Position numbers and translations under genes: made by a program. The notes under the pieces are model-generated. The model was given only the letters and a program-made list of their open reading frames with translations. It was not told the origin of the DNA and made no database searches. Source: Candidatus Bathyarchaeia archaeon (GTDB lineage: Archaea; Thermoproteota; Bathyarchaeia; Bathyarchaeales; Bathycorpusculaceae). Taken from it: DNA of 64,000 nucleotides. Positions within the stretch are counted from its first letter, which is position 1. Each line of letters starts with the position of its first letter. The stretch covers positions 160,001-224,000 of the forward strand of contig JAVZLQ010000003.1 in the NCBI GenBank assembly GCA_038883655.1. The letters are read 5' to 3'. Positions 1 through 9,656 of the stretch are shown in pieces.

Positions 1-679
1 CGCCCTAGCCAAAAAATACAACACCGCTGTGCTCGGCACGGGCATAAACCCGGGCTTCTTGATGGACACGTTGGTTATAACGTTAACGGCGGTTTGCCAG
101 AAAATTGAAAAAATAGAGGTGACGCGGGTTATGGACGCGGCAAAAAGGCGGTTACCATTCCAAAAAAAGATAGGCGCCGGACTAACTGTAGAGGAATTTA
201 ATCAAAGAATAGAAAGCAAACAAATCACTGGGCATGTGGGGCTTGAACAGTCGATAGCCATGATTGCCGATGCCCTTGCATGGAAACTGGACAAAATTAT
301 AGCCGAACAGGTCGAGCCTGTCATTGCCAAGAAACTGGTAAAAAGCCAATTTATAGAAGTTAAGGCTGGAGAAGTGGCGGGCTTAAAGCAAAAGGCTAAA
401 GGGATTATGAAGAACAAAGAAGTTATAGTGCTCGAGTTTCAAGCCTATCTAGGCGCTGAAGAGGAGTACGACGCCATAACAATCAAAGGACTTCCAGAAG
501 TAAGGCAAAAGATACAGCCTTGCGTTCACGGTGACATAGGAACCGTCGCTATGGTTGTAAACGCGATTCCAAAAGTGATTAAGGCGCGTTCAGGATTGTT
601 GACAATGAAGGATTTGCCAATTCCCTCAGCTGCAACCGAGGATATACGCAATTACATAGGGGATTTGCATAAGAGCTAA
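1..679 (+). CDS. 2,4-diaminopentanoate dehydrogenase / dihydrodipicolinate reductase-like oxidoreductase (5'-truncated by window edge)
   Basis: Frame open from window start (ALAKKYNTAVLGTGINPGF...); GTGINPGF, GHVG and C-terminal HGDIGTVAMVVNAIP...GLLTMKDLP are typical of this family. Confidence 0.75.
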   Translation, partial: ALAKKYNTAVLGTGINPGFLMDTLVITLTAVCQKIEKIEVTRVMDAAKRRLPFQKKIGAGLTVEEFNQRIESKQITGHVGLEQSIAMIADALAWKLDKIIAEQVEPVIAKKLVKSQFIEVKAGEVAGLKQKAKGIMKNKEVIVLEFQAYLGAEEEYDAITIKGLPEVRQKIQPCVHGDIGTVAMVVNAIPKVIKARSGLLTMKDLPIPSAATEDIRNYIGDLHKS

Positions 680-720
680 TTATTAATGTAGTGCTACTTT
701 TGCATATGAAAGGTGATGCT

Positions 721-1179
721 GTGAAGAGCCAGGTGGGTGTTCATCGGAAGGGAGAACTTTCGTTGTTAGACATTTTAAAAGGCGTGAAAAATGAGCCAAG
801 TTTTAACAAGGCAGGAGCAGTTGCGATGTTTATTGGAGTTGTACGCGGAGAGGGGGCAGAAAACAAAAAAGTTTACAAGCTGGAGCTTGAAGCTTACGAG
901 GAAAAAGCAAATGAGGTTTTGTTGACAATCTGTAATGATTTAAAGAAAAAACCAGGAATAGTGGATGTGCAAATTCACCACCTACTCGGCGAATTTAATG
1001 TTGGCGAAGATATAGTCTACGTTCTCGTCGCTGGCTCACACCGCGATAACGTATTTCCGGTGCTGAAAGAGGCTGTTGAAAGGTACAAAAGGGAAGCGCC
1101 CATATTCAAAAAAGAGTATCTGATAGATGAAGAGGGAGAAATAACTGCTTGTTGGGTATCCGAGGAAGAGGGAAATTGA
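721..1179 (+). CDS. moaE: Molybdopterin synthase catalytic subunit MoaE
   Basis: GAVAMFIGVVR, LELEAY, HHLLG, AGSHR, KREAPIFKKE motifs; GTG at 721 follows AGGTGA RBS (alternative starts 691/706). Confidence 0.88.
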   Translation: MKSQVGVHRKGELSLLDILKGVKNEPSFNKAGAVAMFIGVVRGEGAENKKVYKLELEAYEEKANEVLLTICNDLKKKPGIVDVQIHHLLGEFNVGEDIVYVLVAGSHRDNVFPVLKEAVERYKREAPIFKKEYLIDEEGEITACWVSEEEGN

Positions 1180-1212
1180 GAAATATTATAAGATAAGGTA
1201 CACTTTAAAACT

Positions 1213-1902
1213 ATGATGAAGGAGAGGCAAAACTTGGAAAAGAAAAGTTACGCGTGGTTTGAGAGACGTCGAAGGACAAAGGCGCTGGATTTGGCGCAAG
1301 AACAAATAACAAAGGCTCTTGGCACCGTAACCTTGCTTCATCAAGCAGTAAAGAATATTTCAGAAGCAAAAAGGAAAGAGGCGCTTCAAAGCATCGAAAA
1401 TCTTTTCAAGATGGAGAAGGAGGTAGACGGCTTAAGAACAGAAGTTTTTAAGGAACTGTCTAAGGGCGCCGCGCTCTTTGCGGAATATCGTGAAGATTTG
1501 ATGCACCTCGTAAAGCGCCTTGACACCTTGGCGGATCACGTTAAGGATGTGGCGAGATGTGTGAGGATGCTTTCTGATTCTGACATACCGAAAGAACTAT
1601 GGGATAACACCGTTCGCATGACTTCCACGCTGGTGGAATGCGCTGACGCTTTACGCGGAAGCATTGAAAAGATCACAGCGAACCCTGCTGAAGCCATCCA
1701 CGGGGCAAAGAAAGTGGAGGAAATCGAACACAAAATTGATGAGGAATACTTGAAAACGAAAGCGCTATTCATTAAATATTCGGAGAAAATGAACTGCGGC
1801 GCCATGGTAATTTTCGATGACCTCGTTGAGTTTATCGAGTACGCTGCAGACATGTGTGCAGACACTGCAGATTACATAGTGATACTTGCAAGTCGGGAAT
1901 AA
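1213..1902 (+). CDS. DUF47 / PhoU-like phosphate transport regulator
   Basis: Duplicated helical E(K/H)xxD motifs (MEKEVD, IEHKID), REDL..L...LD..AD and final AD.C.D.AD. Confidence 0.8.
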   Translation: MMKERQNLEKKSYAWFERRRRTKALDLAQEQITKALGTVTLLHQAVKNISEAKRKEALQSIENLFKMEKEVDGLRTEVFKELSKGAALFAEYREDLMHLVKRLDTLADHVKDVARCVRMLSDSDIPKELWDNTVRMTSTLVECADALRGSIEKITANPAEAIHGAKKVEEIEHKIDEEYLKTKALFIKYSEKMNCGAMVIFDDLVEFIEYAADMCADTADYIVILASRE

Positions 1903-1914
1903 GGCGTATCGTGA

Positions 1915-2691
1915 ATGCTGCTCGTTCAAATTTCGGATGTTCACTGTGGACCAATGCTGCGAAGAGAAACCTTACGAAAAGCCATTAAAGAAATTAATGA
2001 GTTATCGCCAAACGTTGTTCTTGTGACAGGCGACTTAACTGAAAATGGCTTAATATCCGAGTTCACTGAAGCCTCAAAAGAATTGAAAAAGCTAAAGGCT
2101 GAAAAGATAATATATTTAAGCGGAAACCATGACTACCGTTCAACTGGCTATTTGCTCTTTCGAGAGTTCTTCCCATTCTCGCAAGTAACTGAAGTCGAAG
2201 ACGCTGTTATCGTGGTTCTTAGCTCTGCAAGACCAGACAGAGACGATGGCGAGGTTGGACATAGACAGAATTTGTGGCTTGAGAAAACCCTTGAAGAATA
2301 TAAGGACAATGTAAAAATAGTTACAATACACCATCACATAATTCCAGTCCCAGATACGGGAGCAGATCAAATAACAATTGTGGATGCTGGCGACGTCCTA
2401 AGAAGCCTAGTAAAATCCAAAGTGGACTTGGTTCTCTGCGGACACCGCCATAGACCATGGCGATGGAAAATTGAGGATATGCTTGTGGTTCATGCGGGAA
2501 GTGTCTCATGCGAAAAGCTTAGGGGTTTCTTTTGCAATTCATACAACGTCGTAGAAATTAAAGGCAAGAAGGTTGATGCCAAACTGAAGATAGTTGATGG
2601 AGGCTACGTAGATTTTAAGGAAATTGTAAAAAGAAGAGAAATCTTACAAGCATCTGACATTTCGCAGTATGGTGATTCCCTTGCCCACTAA
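1915..2691 (+). CDS. Metallophosphoesterase (calcineurin-like, CpdA/Icc type)
   Basis: SDVH, TGDLT, GNHD, HHH, GHRH motifs. Confidence 0.85.
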   Translation: MLLVQISDVHCGPMLRRETLRKAIKEINELSPNVVLVTGDLTENGLISEFTEASKELKKLKAEKIIYLSGNHDYRSTGYLLFREFFPFSQVTEVEDAVIVVLSSARPDRDDGEVGHRQNLWLEKTLEEYKDNVKIVTIHHHIIPVPDTGADQITIVDAGDVLRSLVKSKVDLVLCGHRHRPWRWKIEDMLVVHAGSVSCEKLRGFFCNSYNVVEIKGKKVDAKLKIVDGGYVDFKEIVKRREILQASDISQYGDSLAH

Positions 2692-2746
2692 CATAAAATT
2701 AAAGAAAGTGAGGACGATCACTGTTTCGCTTGTCTAATTCAAAAGC

Positions 2747-3031
2747 CTATTTTGTAAGCGTTATTTCCATCGTTGAAACCATTCGCGACCTATTTTGTCC
2801 TTGTTTCGGCGGCATCTCCTCAGTGCCAATAGATATCTTGCTTATCTTCAAGTCTTTCAGAAATCTGTTCCTTACGATTTCCGCAACGTCAACCGCCGTC
2901 GTGATGGCTCGCCCTCGCGCCTTGATGGTTATCTCTTTGGTGTCGGAAGCCGAGAGGCTAGTGATAATGGCCAAAACATAGTTCATTGCAGGCTTTCTTC
3001 CAATTAATATTGTTTCAGATTTTCCAGACAT
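2747..3031 (-). CDS. albA: DNA/RNA-binding protein Alba
   Basis: IGRKPAMNYV, IKARGRAITTAVDVAE, VSTMEI motifs; 94 aa. Confidence 0.95.
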   Translation of the reverse strand: MSGKSETILIGRKPAMNYVLAIITSLSASDTKEITIKARGRAITTAVDVAEIVRNRFLKDLKISKISIGTEEMPPKQGQNRSRMVSTMEITLTK

Positions 3032-3064
3032 TAATACATCACCCCGATTTTATCGTTGAACTTT

Positions 3065-3115
3065 TGTGTAACGTTGCTTCTGTTCAGCCCTCTAACAGCA
3101 CAACGTTACCGCACA
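3065..3115 (-). promoter_or_regulatory. Stem-loop in predicted alba 5' UTR
   Basis: GTAACGTTG (3068-3076) pairs with CAACGTTAC (3101-3109), inner stem CTGTT/AACAG; TATA-like ATTTATAA on minus strand at 3135-3142. Confidence 0.55.
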
Positions 3116-3292
3116 TCAAGATACGCAAACTTCCTTATAAATACAACGAACACCCGCAATCTTTCAAGATAAAAACACTAAATTGGATATCTCCTCAAGG
3201 TTTTTGAAAATAATGTTTTGCTAGACTTTATTTTCTCTACCCCCTCCCTCTCTGATGCGCTATACGAAGATGTCTCCATGGTTCTGGCAAAG

Positions 3293-3377
3293 TGCGGGGG
3301 GTGGGATTTGAACCCACGAACCCCTATGGGATAGCCGCCTCAGGGCTACGCCTTTGGCCAGGCTTGGCAACCCCCGC
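3293..3377 (-). tRNA. tRNA-Leu (anticodon GAG), no intron, CCA not encoded
   Basis: Reverse complement GCGGGGGTTGCCAAGCCTGGCCAAAGGCGTAGCCCTGAGGCGGCTATCCCATAGGGGTTCGTGGGTTCAAATCCCACCCCCCGCA folds as a cloverleaf with long variable arm, anticodon loop CTGAGGC, T-loop TTCAAAT. Confidence 0.95.
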
Positions 3378-3454
3378 TTGGTGGTTTACCTTTTTATTTT
3401 CTATTTTTGTTGGAATTAAATGTTGCTTTGGCTGGAAATTGTGTGTTTAGGCTT

Positions 3455-3898
3455 TTAGATTATGCGGAAGTCTTCTTTGATTGTTGTTAGTACTACATGC
3501 GTGTTTGTTCTTTCAACATATGGCAGCGATAGTAAGCGTTTTGTGAACTTGCTTAGTTCTTGGCGATTTTTGAATTTTGCTATTATTATTGCGTCTATTA
3601 ATCCTGTTACGTCGTAGACGCAGCAAACGTTTGGAAGTCTTGCAATTTCATTTTCAACTTCTAACAGTCTTCCCTTTGATACTGTTATTTCGCTGACAAC
3701 TGTTAGTTCATATCCCAGCTTTTCATGGTCAAGTAGGGCTGAGTATCCTTGGATTATTCCTTCGTTTTCCATTCTTTTTATGCGTGATAGAACTGTACCA
3801 ACGGAAACGCCGCACTGGTCGGCTATTTGCCTTGACGAGAGTCTGGCATCAGAAGTTAACGCCTTTAATATTTTAACGTCTGTTTCATCCAGCATCAT
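3455..3898 (-). CDS. Lrp/AsnC family transcriptional regulator
   Basis: LDETDVKIL..L..DARLS..QIA...GVS..TV..RIKRME..GIIQGY HTH plus C-terminal RAM domain (YDVTG.ID); divergent from glnA. Confidence 0.92.
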   Translation of the reverse strand: MMLDETDVKILKALTSDARLSSRQIADQCGVSVGTVLSRIKRMENEGIIQGYSALLDHEKLGYELTVVSEITVSKGRLLEVENEIARLPNVCCVYDVTGLIDAIIIAKFKNRQELSKFTKRLLSLPYVERTNTHVVLTTIKEDFRII

Positions 3899-3988
3899 AA
3901 ATTCACCACGCAAACTGCACATTCATTTAGTATATAAACATTTTTATTTAACATTTGCGCTTAATTTCAGAATAAACTTTTTATATTT

Positions 3989-4004
3989 ATAGAAAATATT
4001 CTAT
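3989..4004. promoter_or_regulatory. Palindromic operator candidate (ATAGAA-AATA-TTCTAT) in the lrp/glnA divergent promoter
   Basis: 6-bp inverted repeat with AT spacer directly after a TATA-like TTTATATT; resembles Lrp-family sites. Confidence 0.4.
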
Positions 4005-4031
4005 TTATTAAAAATTTGTCCATAGACTCAG

Positions 4032-5432
4032 GTGAACAGCGTGCTACATGTAATGGGGAATTGCGCAAAAAAGTTTGATTTGTGCATTAGGCTTATGAAG
4101 AATGCTGATTACATACTCCTACATTTCACTGACATTTTAGGATATCTTAAGGGTAGAACAATCCCAGCGGAAGAAGGCGAGAACGCCCTAAAAGAAGGCG
4201 TGGGTTTCGACGGTTCCTCGATAGTCGGCGGCGTCGGCATAGAAGAAAGCGACATGATCATGAAGCCTGACCCAGCAACCTTTACGGTTTGTCCACACTA
4301 TTTTTACGACAAAAGCGTTGCAAGCTTCATATGTGACATCTACAGACCGGATGGCAGGCGCTTTGAAGGAGATCCGCGATATATATGCCAGAAAACTGTA
4401 GAAAAAACTTTGAATGAAGGTTACAGACCTACGGCAGCTGCGGAAATAGAGTTCTACCTCGTACAGAAAAATGAGAAAGGCGAAATATATCCTGTTGAAA
4501 ATCATTTGATAGATAAACATAGATATTTTGACATAGCTCCAGATCGGGATTTTACGGAACAATACCGCATGGAACTGTCCAACGCCCTAAGCATAATGGG
4601 AATAACAGTTGAACGACAACACCATGAAGTCGGCTCAGCACAAAACGAAATTACATTTAGATATGCAGATCCATTGACCACCTCTGATAACATAGTTCGC
4701 TATAAGCTTGCGGCAAAAGCCGTAGCTGAAAAGAAATATGGGTGGACAGCAACATTCATGCCAAAGCCGTGGTTTGGAAAGGCAGGAAGCGGCATGCACA
4801 TTCACGTTGGCATTTTTAACGCTAAAACTGGAGCAAACATTTTCTATGACAGAAACGGCTATGCGAATATTTCACAAAAATGCCGATATTTTATAGGCGG
4901 CTTACTTGAACATGCAAGGGCTTTATGCGCCATTGTAGCCCCAACAGTAAACAGCTACAAGAGGCTCGTGCCAGGCTATGAAGCACCAGTTTATGTCACA
5001 TGGAGCAAAAGAAACCGCTCATCACTAATAAGGGTGCCAGAGTATTATCCAGGAAAAGAAAAAGAGGCAAGAATAGAGTTTAGATGTCCAGACCCCCTTT
5101 GCAACCCATATCTCACTTATGCAGCGGTTTTGGAGGCTGGAATGGATGGCATCAAAAGGAAAATTGATCCTGGCGAACCAGTGGAAATGAATGTCTACCG
5201 CTTAAGTGAAGCACAGCGGAAAGCGTTGGGCATAAAGGTTTTGCCAGCTTCCCTCAAAGAGGCGCTGGAGGAATGGAAAAGCGATGAAATTTGTATACGT
5301 GTTTTAGGAAGAGGAAACGCAGAGAAATACTTTGACTTGAAAATGCAAGAGTGGAGGGAATACGAAAAGCACGCTTCTGGGAACGAAGATCGTGTAACGT
5401 CTTGGGAATTGCAGAAGTATCTTTATGCTTAA
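4032..5432 (+). CDS. glnA: Glutamine synthetase type I
   Basis: [60 protein letters not shown] motifs; exact start uncertain. Confidence 0.92.
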   Translation: MNSVLHVMGNCAKKFDLCIRLMKNADYILLHFTDILGYLKGRTIPAEEGENALKEGVGFDGSSIVGGVGIEESDMIMKPDPATFTVCPHYFYDKSVASFICDIYRPDGRRFEGDPRYICQKTVEKTLNEGYRPTAAAEIEFYLVQKNEKGEIYPVENHLIDKHRYFDIAPDRDFTEQYRMELSNALSIMGITVERQHHEVGSAQNEITFRYADPLTTSDNIVRYKLAAKAVAEKKYGWTATFMPKPWFGKAGSGMHIHVGIFNAKTGANIFYDRNGYANISQKCRYFIGGLLEHARALCAIVAPTVNSYKRLVPGYEAPVYVTWSKRNRSSLIRVPEYYPGKEKEARIEFRCPDPLCNPYLTYAAVLEAGMDGIKRKIDPGEPVEMNVYRLSEAQRKALGIKVLPASLKEALEEWKSDEICIRVLGRGNAEKYFDLKMQEWREYEKHASGNEDRVTSWELQKYLYA

Positions 5433-5469
5433 GTATAAGGGTAAGCATGTAATGCAGAAGCGATGCACA

Positions 5470-7014
5470 ATGAAGTATGATACGATACTTGTTCTCGATT
5501 TTGGTGGGCAATACTGTCACCTCATAGGAAGAAGGATAAGGGAAAACGGCGTATACTCGGAAATTGTTACACACGACATAAAACCGAAAGAAATTGAACT
5601 GCTAAAAGAAAAGTTTAACGTAAGAGGATTAATCTTATCGGGTGGGCCAGCAAGCGTTTACGAGGCAAACGCACCAAAAATGGATGAAGGCATCTTGGAT
5701 TTAGGACTGCCAATTTTAGGCTTGTGCTATGGACACCAGCTTATCGCCCAGATTGTGAGTGGAAAGGTTGAAAAGGCAGAAAATAGGGAATACGGAGTAT
5801 CCTATGTGACTGTGGATAAGCCAGCCGGCGTTTTGAAAGGATTAAAGCGAAGAGAAAAAGTTTGGATGAGCCACGGCGACACAGTTTTTGCCCTGCCAAC
5901 GGAATTTGAGGTTTTAGCGCATACGGAAAATTGTCCAGTTGCAGCTTTTAGACATAAGGAAAAGCCCATTTATGGTTTACAATGGCATCCAGAAGTCGTC
6001 CACACAGAAAAAGGCATGCAGATGCTCAGAAACTTCATATTCGAAGTCTGCAAATGCAAAGCAAACTGGAAAATGGAAGACCAAATTGAAAAAATGGTTG
6101 ATGAAATAAAAACGGAAGTCGGCGAGGGAAAAGCAATAATCGCATTAAGCGGTGGCATAGACTCAAGTGTAGCAACAGCGCTTGCAGCAAAGGCAATTGG
6201 TGATAGGCTTACAGCGGTTTTTGTTGATCACGGTTTCATGCGAGAAGGCGAACCAGAATTCGTTAAAGAAGTGTTTGGAAAATTCAAAATAAAACTGATA
6301 ATTGTAAACGCACAAGAAAGGTTTTTAGCAAGGCTTAAAGGCGTTACAGAGCCTGAACAGAAAAGGAAGATCATAGGCGAGGAGTTCATAAGAGTTTTTG
6401 AGGAAGTAGCCGAAAAAACAGGCGCCGATTATCTTATTCAAGGAACAATTTACCCAGACAGAATTGAATCTGGGTTTAGAAAGTTCTCCGACAAGATAAA
6501 GACGCACCATAACGTTGCTGGCTTGCCAACAAAGATGAGGTTCAAAAAGATTGTGGAGCCACTGCGCGACTTGTATAAGGACGAAGTCAGGAGAGTAGCA
6601 AACATACTTGGACTGCCAAAAGAAATCGTTTTCAGACAGCCATTTCCAGGTCCAGGCTTAGCTGTTAGGATAATCGGAGAGTTAACCAAGGAGAAGGTTA
6701 AGATTGCAAAGAAGGCGGACAAAATTGTTGTGGAGGAAATTGAGAAGAGTGGCTTAGCGGAGAACTTGTGGCAGTACTTTGCCGTTTTGACAAATACAAG
6801 GGCTACTGGCGTTAAAGGAGATGCAAGAGCATACGGTTATGTTGTGGCTGTTAGGATCGTGGAAAGCCGCGAGGCAATGACCGCGAACTTTGCGAGAATC
6901 CCTTACGAAGTTTTAGAGAAAATTTCAACACGGATAACCAATGAAATTCCAGAAGTTACGCGTGTTGTTTATGATGTAACGCATAAGCCTCCAGCAACAA
7001 TAGAATGGGAATAA
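5470..7014 (+). CDS. guaA: GMP synthase (glutamine-hydrolysing), fused GATase + ATPPase
   Basis: [44 protein letters not shown]. Confidence 0.96.
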   Translation: MKYDTILVLDFGGQYCHLIGRRIRENGVYSEIVTHDIKPKEIELLKEKFNVRGLILSGGPASVYEANAPKMDEGILDLGLPILGLCYGHQLIAQIVSGKVEKAENREYGVSYVTVDKPAGVLKGLKRREKVWMSHGDTVFALPTEFEVLAHTENCPVAAFRHKEKPIYGLQWHPEVVHTEKGMQMLRNFIFEVCKCKANWKMEDQIEKMVDEIKTEVGEGKAIIALSGGIDSSVATALAAKAIGDRLTAVFVDHGFMREGEPEFVKEVFGKFKIKLIIVNAQERFLARLKGVTEPEQKRKIIGEEFIRVFEEVAEKTGADYLIQGTIYPDRIESGFRKFSDKIKTHHNVAGLPTKMRFKKIVEPLRDLYKDEVRRVANILGLPKEIVFRQPFPGPGLAVRIIGELTKEKVKIAKKADKIVVEEIEKSGLAENLWQYFAVLTNTRATGVKGDARAYGYVVAVRIVESREAMTANFARIPYEVLEKISTRITNEIPEVTRVVYDVTHKPPATIEWE

Positions 7015-7018
7015 TTCC

Positions 7019-7588
7019 TTAATGCTTGAGGAAGGGTTTGTTTTCGGCCCTTAAAATTAAAATGCCAGTTGTTGCTTGGCAGCCAGAACACATCAAAAAA
7101 AGCGGTTCGAAACCGAACTTGCTAACTATGATTACGGAGAACACGGCGGCAAACGCCTCAGTAAAATCGTAAATAGATTCAAATAATCCCAGAAAAAGTC
7201 CTCTGTTGCATGTGTTGCTCACATCGAACATTAGAGCCAACAGCGCTGGACGTTGTAAGGCGTAGGAAAGCCCGTAGAAAAATTCGATTAGGTAAAGCTG
7301 TATTATGTTTAGGGCGAAAATATAGGAAAGCGAACATATGGCGCCAATTGCAACTCCAACAAAGAAAACTTTGCTTTTGCCAAAACTGTCAACAAGTTTT
7401 CCAGCAACCACCTTAAAAACGGCGGTAGTTACACAAAAAATCGCATAAAGCACGCCTAAATCAACAGCAGATGCAGAAAAACGGTTTATTATGAAAATGG
7501 GATATACGGGACCTAGCAAGCCGACTCCCAAAGTGCTTAGAGTACTTAGCGTTGTAACGAAGAGCACTGAAGATTTCCGCATATGCAC
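7019..7588 (-). CDS. MFS-type transporter, half-size (~6 TM)
   Basis: MFS motif A-like GKLVDSFGK, ~6 hydrophobic segments, NRG..LG motif; only 189 aa. Confidence 0.7.
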   Translation of the reverse strand: MHMRKSSVLFVTTLSTLSTLGVGLLGPVYPIFIINRFSASAVDLGVLYAIFCVTTAVFKVVAGKLVDSFGKSKVFFVGVAIGAICSLSYIFALNIIQLYLIEFFYGLSYALQRPALLALMFDVSNTCNRGLFLGLFESIYDFTEAFAAVFSVIIVSKFGFEPLFLMCSGCQATTGILILRAENKPFLKH

Positions 7589-7720
7589 CCACTCTTATGA
7601 AGGATGGAATGCACGCGTTACACGATTGTATTTCAAACATTATAGGGTCGGCTTGCCTCCGTAGAGCAAAATCAAACTTTAAATGGATAAAAATAAGTTT
7701 TTCGCCACCAGATTTGTTGC

Positions 7721-8479
7721 CTAAATCTTTGATTTTTGTAGCAACTCCTCAACTTTAGCCTTCTTTAGTGCATTAACATGCCTCGACAGTTCCTTGACGA
7801 CAGCCTTAAAAACAAGCTTTCCCTTCTCGGCTGATGCAGTTGTGGACTTGCCAAAAACACCCCATGAAGTGTAATCTATTGTGTCAAGCGGAAGCGTAAC
7901 GCCCTCTGCTTTTAACGTACTTTCGCATGGCACATCATCTATGGCTTTGCTCATGTTCACAAGCTTTGGGTTCAAAAACAAATTAATTGATGTTTCCTCG
8001 GCACAGGCATGTTGCCTTTCCTCTTGTTTGAACAGTTCTGGTAGAAGCTTGCTTGCCGCTGTCCACCATTGGAAAATTGATACGAATATTCCGTTTTCCC
8101 TTAATTTTCTGGCTAGATCTATGAGGGCGTTAAGGTTGCCGCCATGCCCATTAACAATGACTATCTTCTTTACGCCATAATAGTTGAGTGACAGGCAAAC
8201 GTCTCTCAAATACTCTTGAAGTGTTTCTGGTTTTATGGAGATTGTTCCCCAAAACTGTTTATGATGCGAGCTGACTCCAAAAGGAATAACTTGGACGCAT
8301 AGGACACCCGTGCGCTTGGCAACTTCCTCCGCCAAAGCCTTTGCTATAAGATGGTCCGTTCCTAAAGGGTTATGTGGTCCATGCTGCTCGTTTGAACCCA
8401 CGGGGATTATAGCGATGTCGCTTTTTTCAAAGTATTCTTTAGCTTCGGTCCAGCTCATCTCATGAAGTAAAACTTTCAT
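7721..8479 (-). CDS. Creatininase / creatinine amidohydrolase family protein
   Basis: PVGSNEQHGPHNPLGTD, NGHGGN, HACAEETS motifs. Confidence 0.9.
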   Translation of the reverse strand: MKVLLHEMSWTEAKEYFEKSDIAIIPVGSNEQHGPHNPLGTDHLIAKALAEEVAKRTGVLCVQVIPFGVSSHHKQFWGTISIKPETLQEYLRDVCLSLNYYGVKKIVIVNGHGGNLNALIDLARKLRENGIFVSIFQWWTAASKLLPELFKQEERQHACAEETSINLFLNPKLVNMSKAIDDVPCESTLKAEGVTLPLDTIDYTSWGVFGKSTTASAEKGKLVFKAVVKELSRHVNALKKAKVEELLQKSKI

Positions 8480-8552
8480 TATTCTGAGCCTCCATTTTGG
8501 GAATTCTTATATCACATGCATGAGAATATAAGTCTGCAGTTTCAAAATACAG

Positions 8553-9650
8553 GTGAAAACATTGAAGGCGCTTATTCTCGCTGGAGGCTTCGGCACGAGG
8601 CTTAGGCCACTAAGTTGCACAAGACCGAAAAGCCTTTTCCCAATAATAAACAAGCCACTACTGCAATGGACTTTTGAAAGGCTCGCACAGAACGGCATAA
8701 AAGAAGCGATACTTGCAGTTAATAAGCAAACCGAGATCTTGATAAAACAGCATAGAATTCGAAAATGCGGATTACATGTAATTTATTCACTGGACCCGCC
8801 TAAAACGCCGCTTGGAACTGGCGGACCAGTAAAGAAGGCTGAAAAACTTATTGGACATGATTCGCCGTTCCTAGTATTAAATGGGGACATATTCGCAGAT
8901 GTGAGCTACACTGAAATTTTGAAGGAACATGCCGAGAACAAGGCTGTTGCAACAATAGCCATTCACAAGGTCGAAGACCCGAGCAGATTTGGCGTTGCGG
9001 AGCTGGTGGATGGCAAGCGCATTAAAAGGTTTATTGAAAAGCCGCGGAAGGAGGAAGCTCCAACCAATTTAATAAATGCTGGAGTCTACGCTTTAAGCCC
9101 AGAAATATTTAATTATATACCAAGCGGGCGCATGGTTTCTCTTGAACGCGAGATATTCCCAAAACTTGCAGAAGAAGGAAAACTTTGCGGATACATCTTT
9201 AACGGATTGTGGTCCGACGTGGGCAAACCCGAAGATTACATGGAAATAAACAAGCTTTTACTAAACTCGGATGCAAACAAATGTAGGCGGAAAATTATGT
9301 GCAAAGGAAAAATCGTAGAACCCGTAGCGCTTGACAAAGGGGTTTCAATAGACGAAAAATCAATTGTAGGCCCATACACCGTTCTCGGTAGAAACGTTGA
9401 AGTTGGACGAGAAGCGCGTATACGGAATGCCATAATTTTTCCAGAAACCACGGTGTCAGATTACGCATCAATTGACAATGCAATAATTGGTGAACATGTA
9501 GTAATTGGAATGAAAGCAAAAATAGGGGGAGGATGTATTCTCGCTGACGGTGTTAAAGTTAGGGATGGCGTTTCCCTTGTAAGAAATATTTTAGTTTGCC
9601 CAGCAAAAGAGGTTACCGACAACACCACAATATGCAAATGTATAATTTAA
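8553..9650 (+). CDS. NDP-sugar pyrophosphorylase (mannose-1-phosphate guanylyltransferase-like) with C-terminal hexapeptide repeats
   Basis: LAGGFGTRLRPL...PK, LGTGG, LNGD, EKP, INAGVY, W.DVG. Confidence 0.88.
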   Translation: MKTLKALILAGGFGTRLRPLSCTRPKSLFPIINKPLLQWTFERLAQNGIKEAILAVNKQTEILIKQHRIRKCGLHVIYSLDPPKTPLGTGGPVKKAEKLIGHDSPFLVLNGDIFADVSYTEILKEHAENKAVATIAIHKVEDPSRFGVAELVDGKRIKRFIEKPRKEEAPTNLINAGVYALSPEIFNYIPSGRMVSLEREIFPKLAEEGKLCGYIFNGLWSDVGKPEDYMEINKLLLNSDANKCRRKIMCKGKIVEPVALDKGVSIDEKSIVGPYTVLGRNVEVGREARIRNAIIFPETTVSDYASIDNAIIGEHVVIGMKAKIGGGCILADGVKVRDGVSLVRNILVCPAKEVTDNTTICKCII

Positions 9651-9656
9651 GGAGGA

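Noticed and set aside
3180-3292. Region 3' of tRNA-Leu as a possible att site or integrated element
   Set aside because: No integrase and no duplicated tRNA 3' end noticed in the window
5470-7014. Fused GMP synthase (split in many archaea)
   Set aside because: Fused forms are known in several archaeal lineages; not novel
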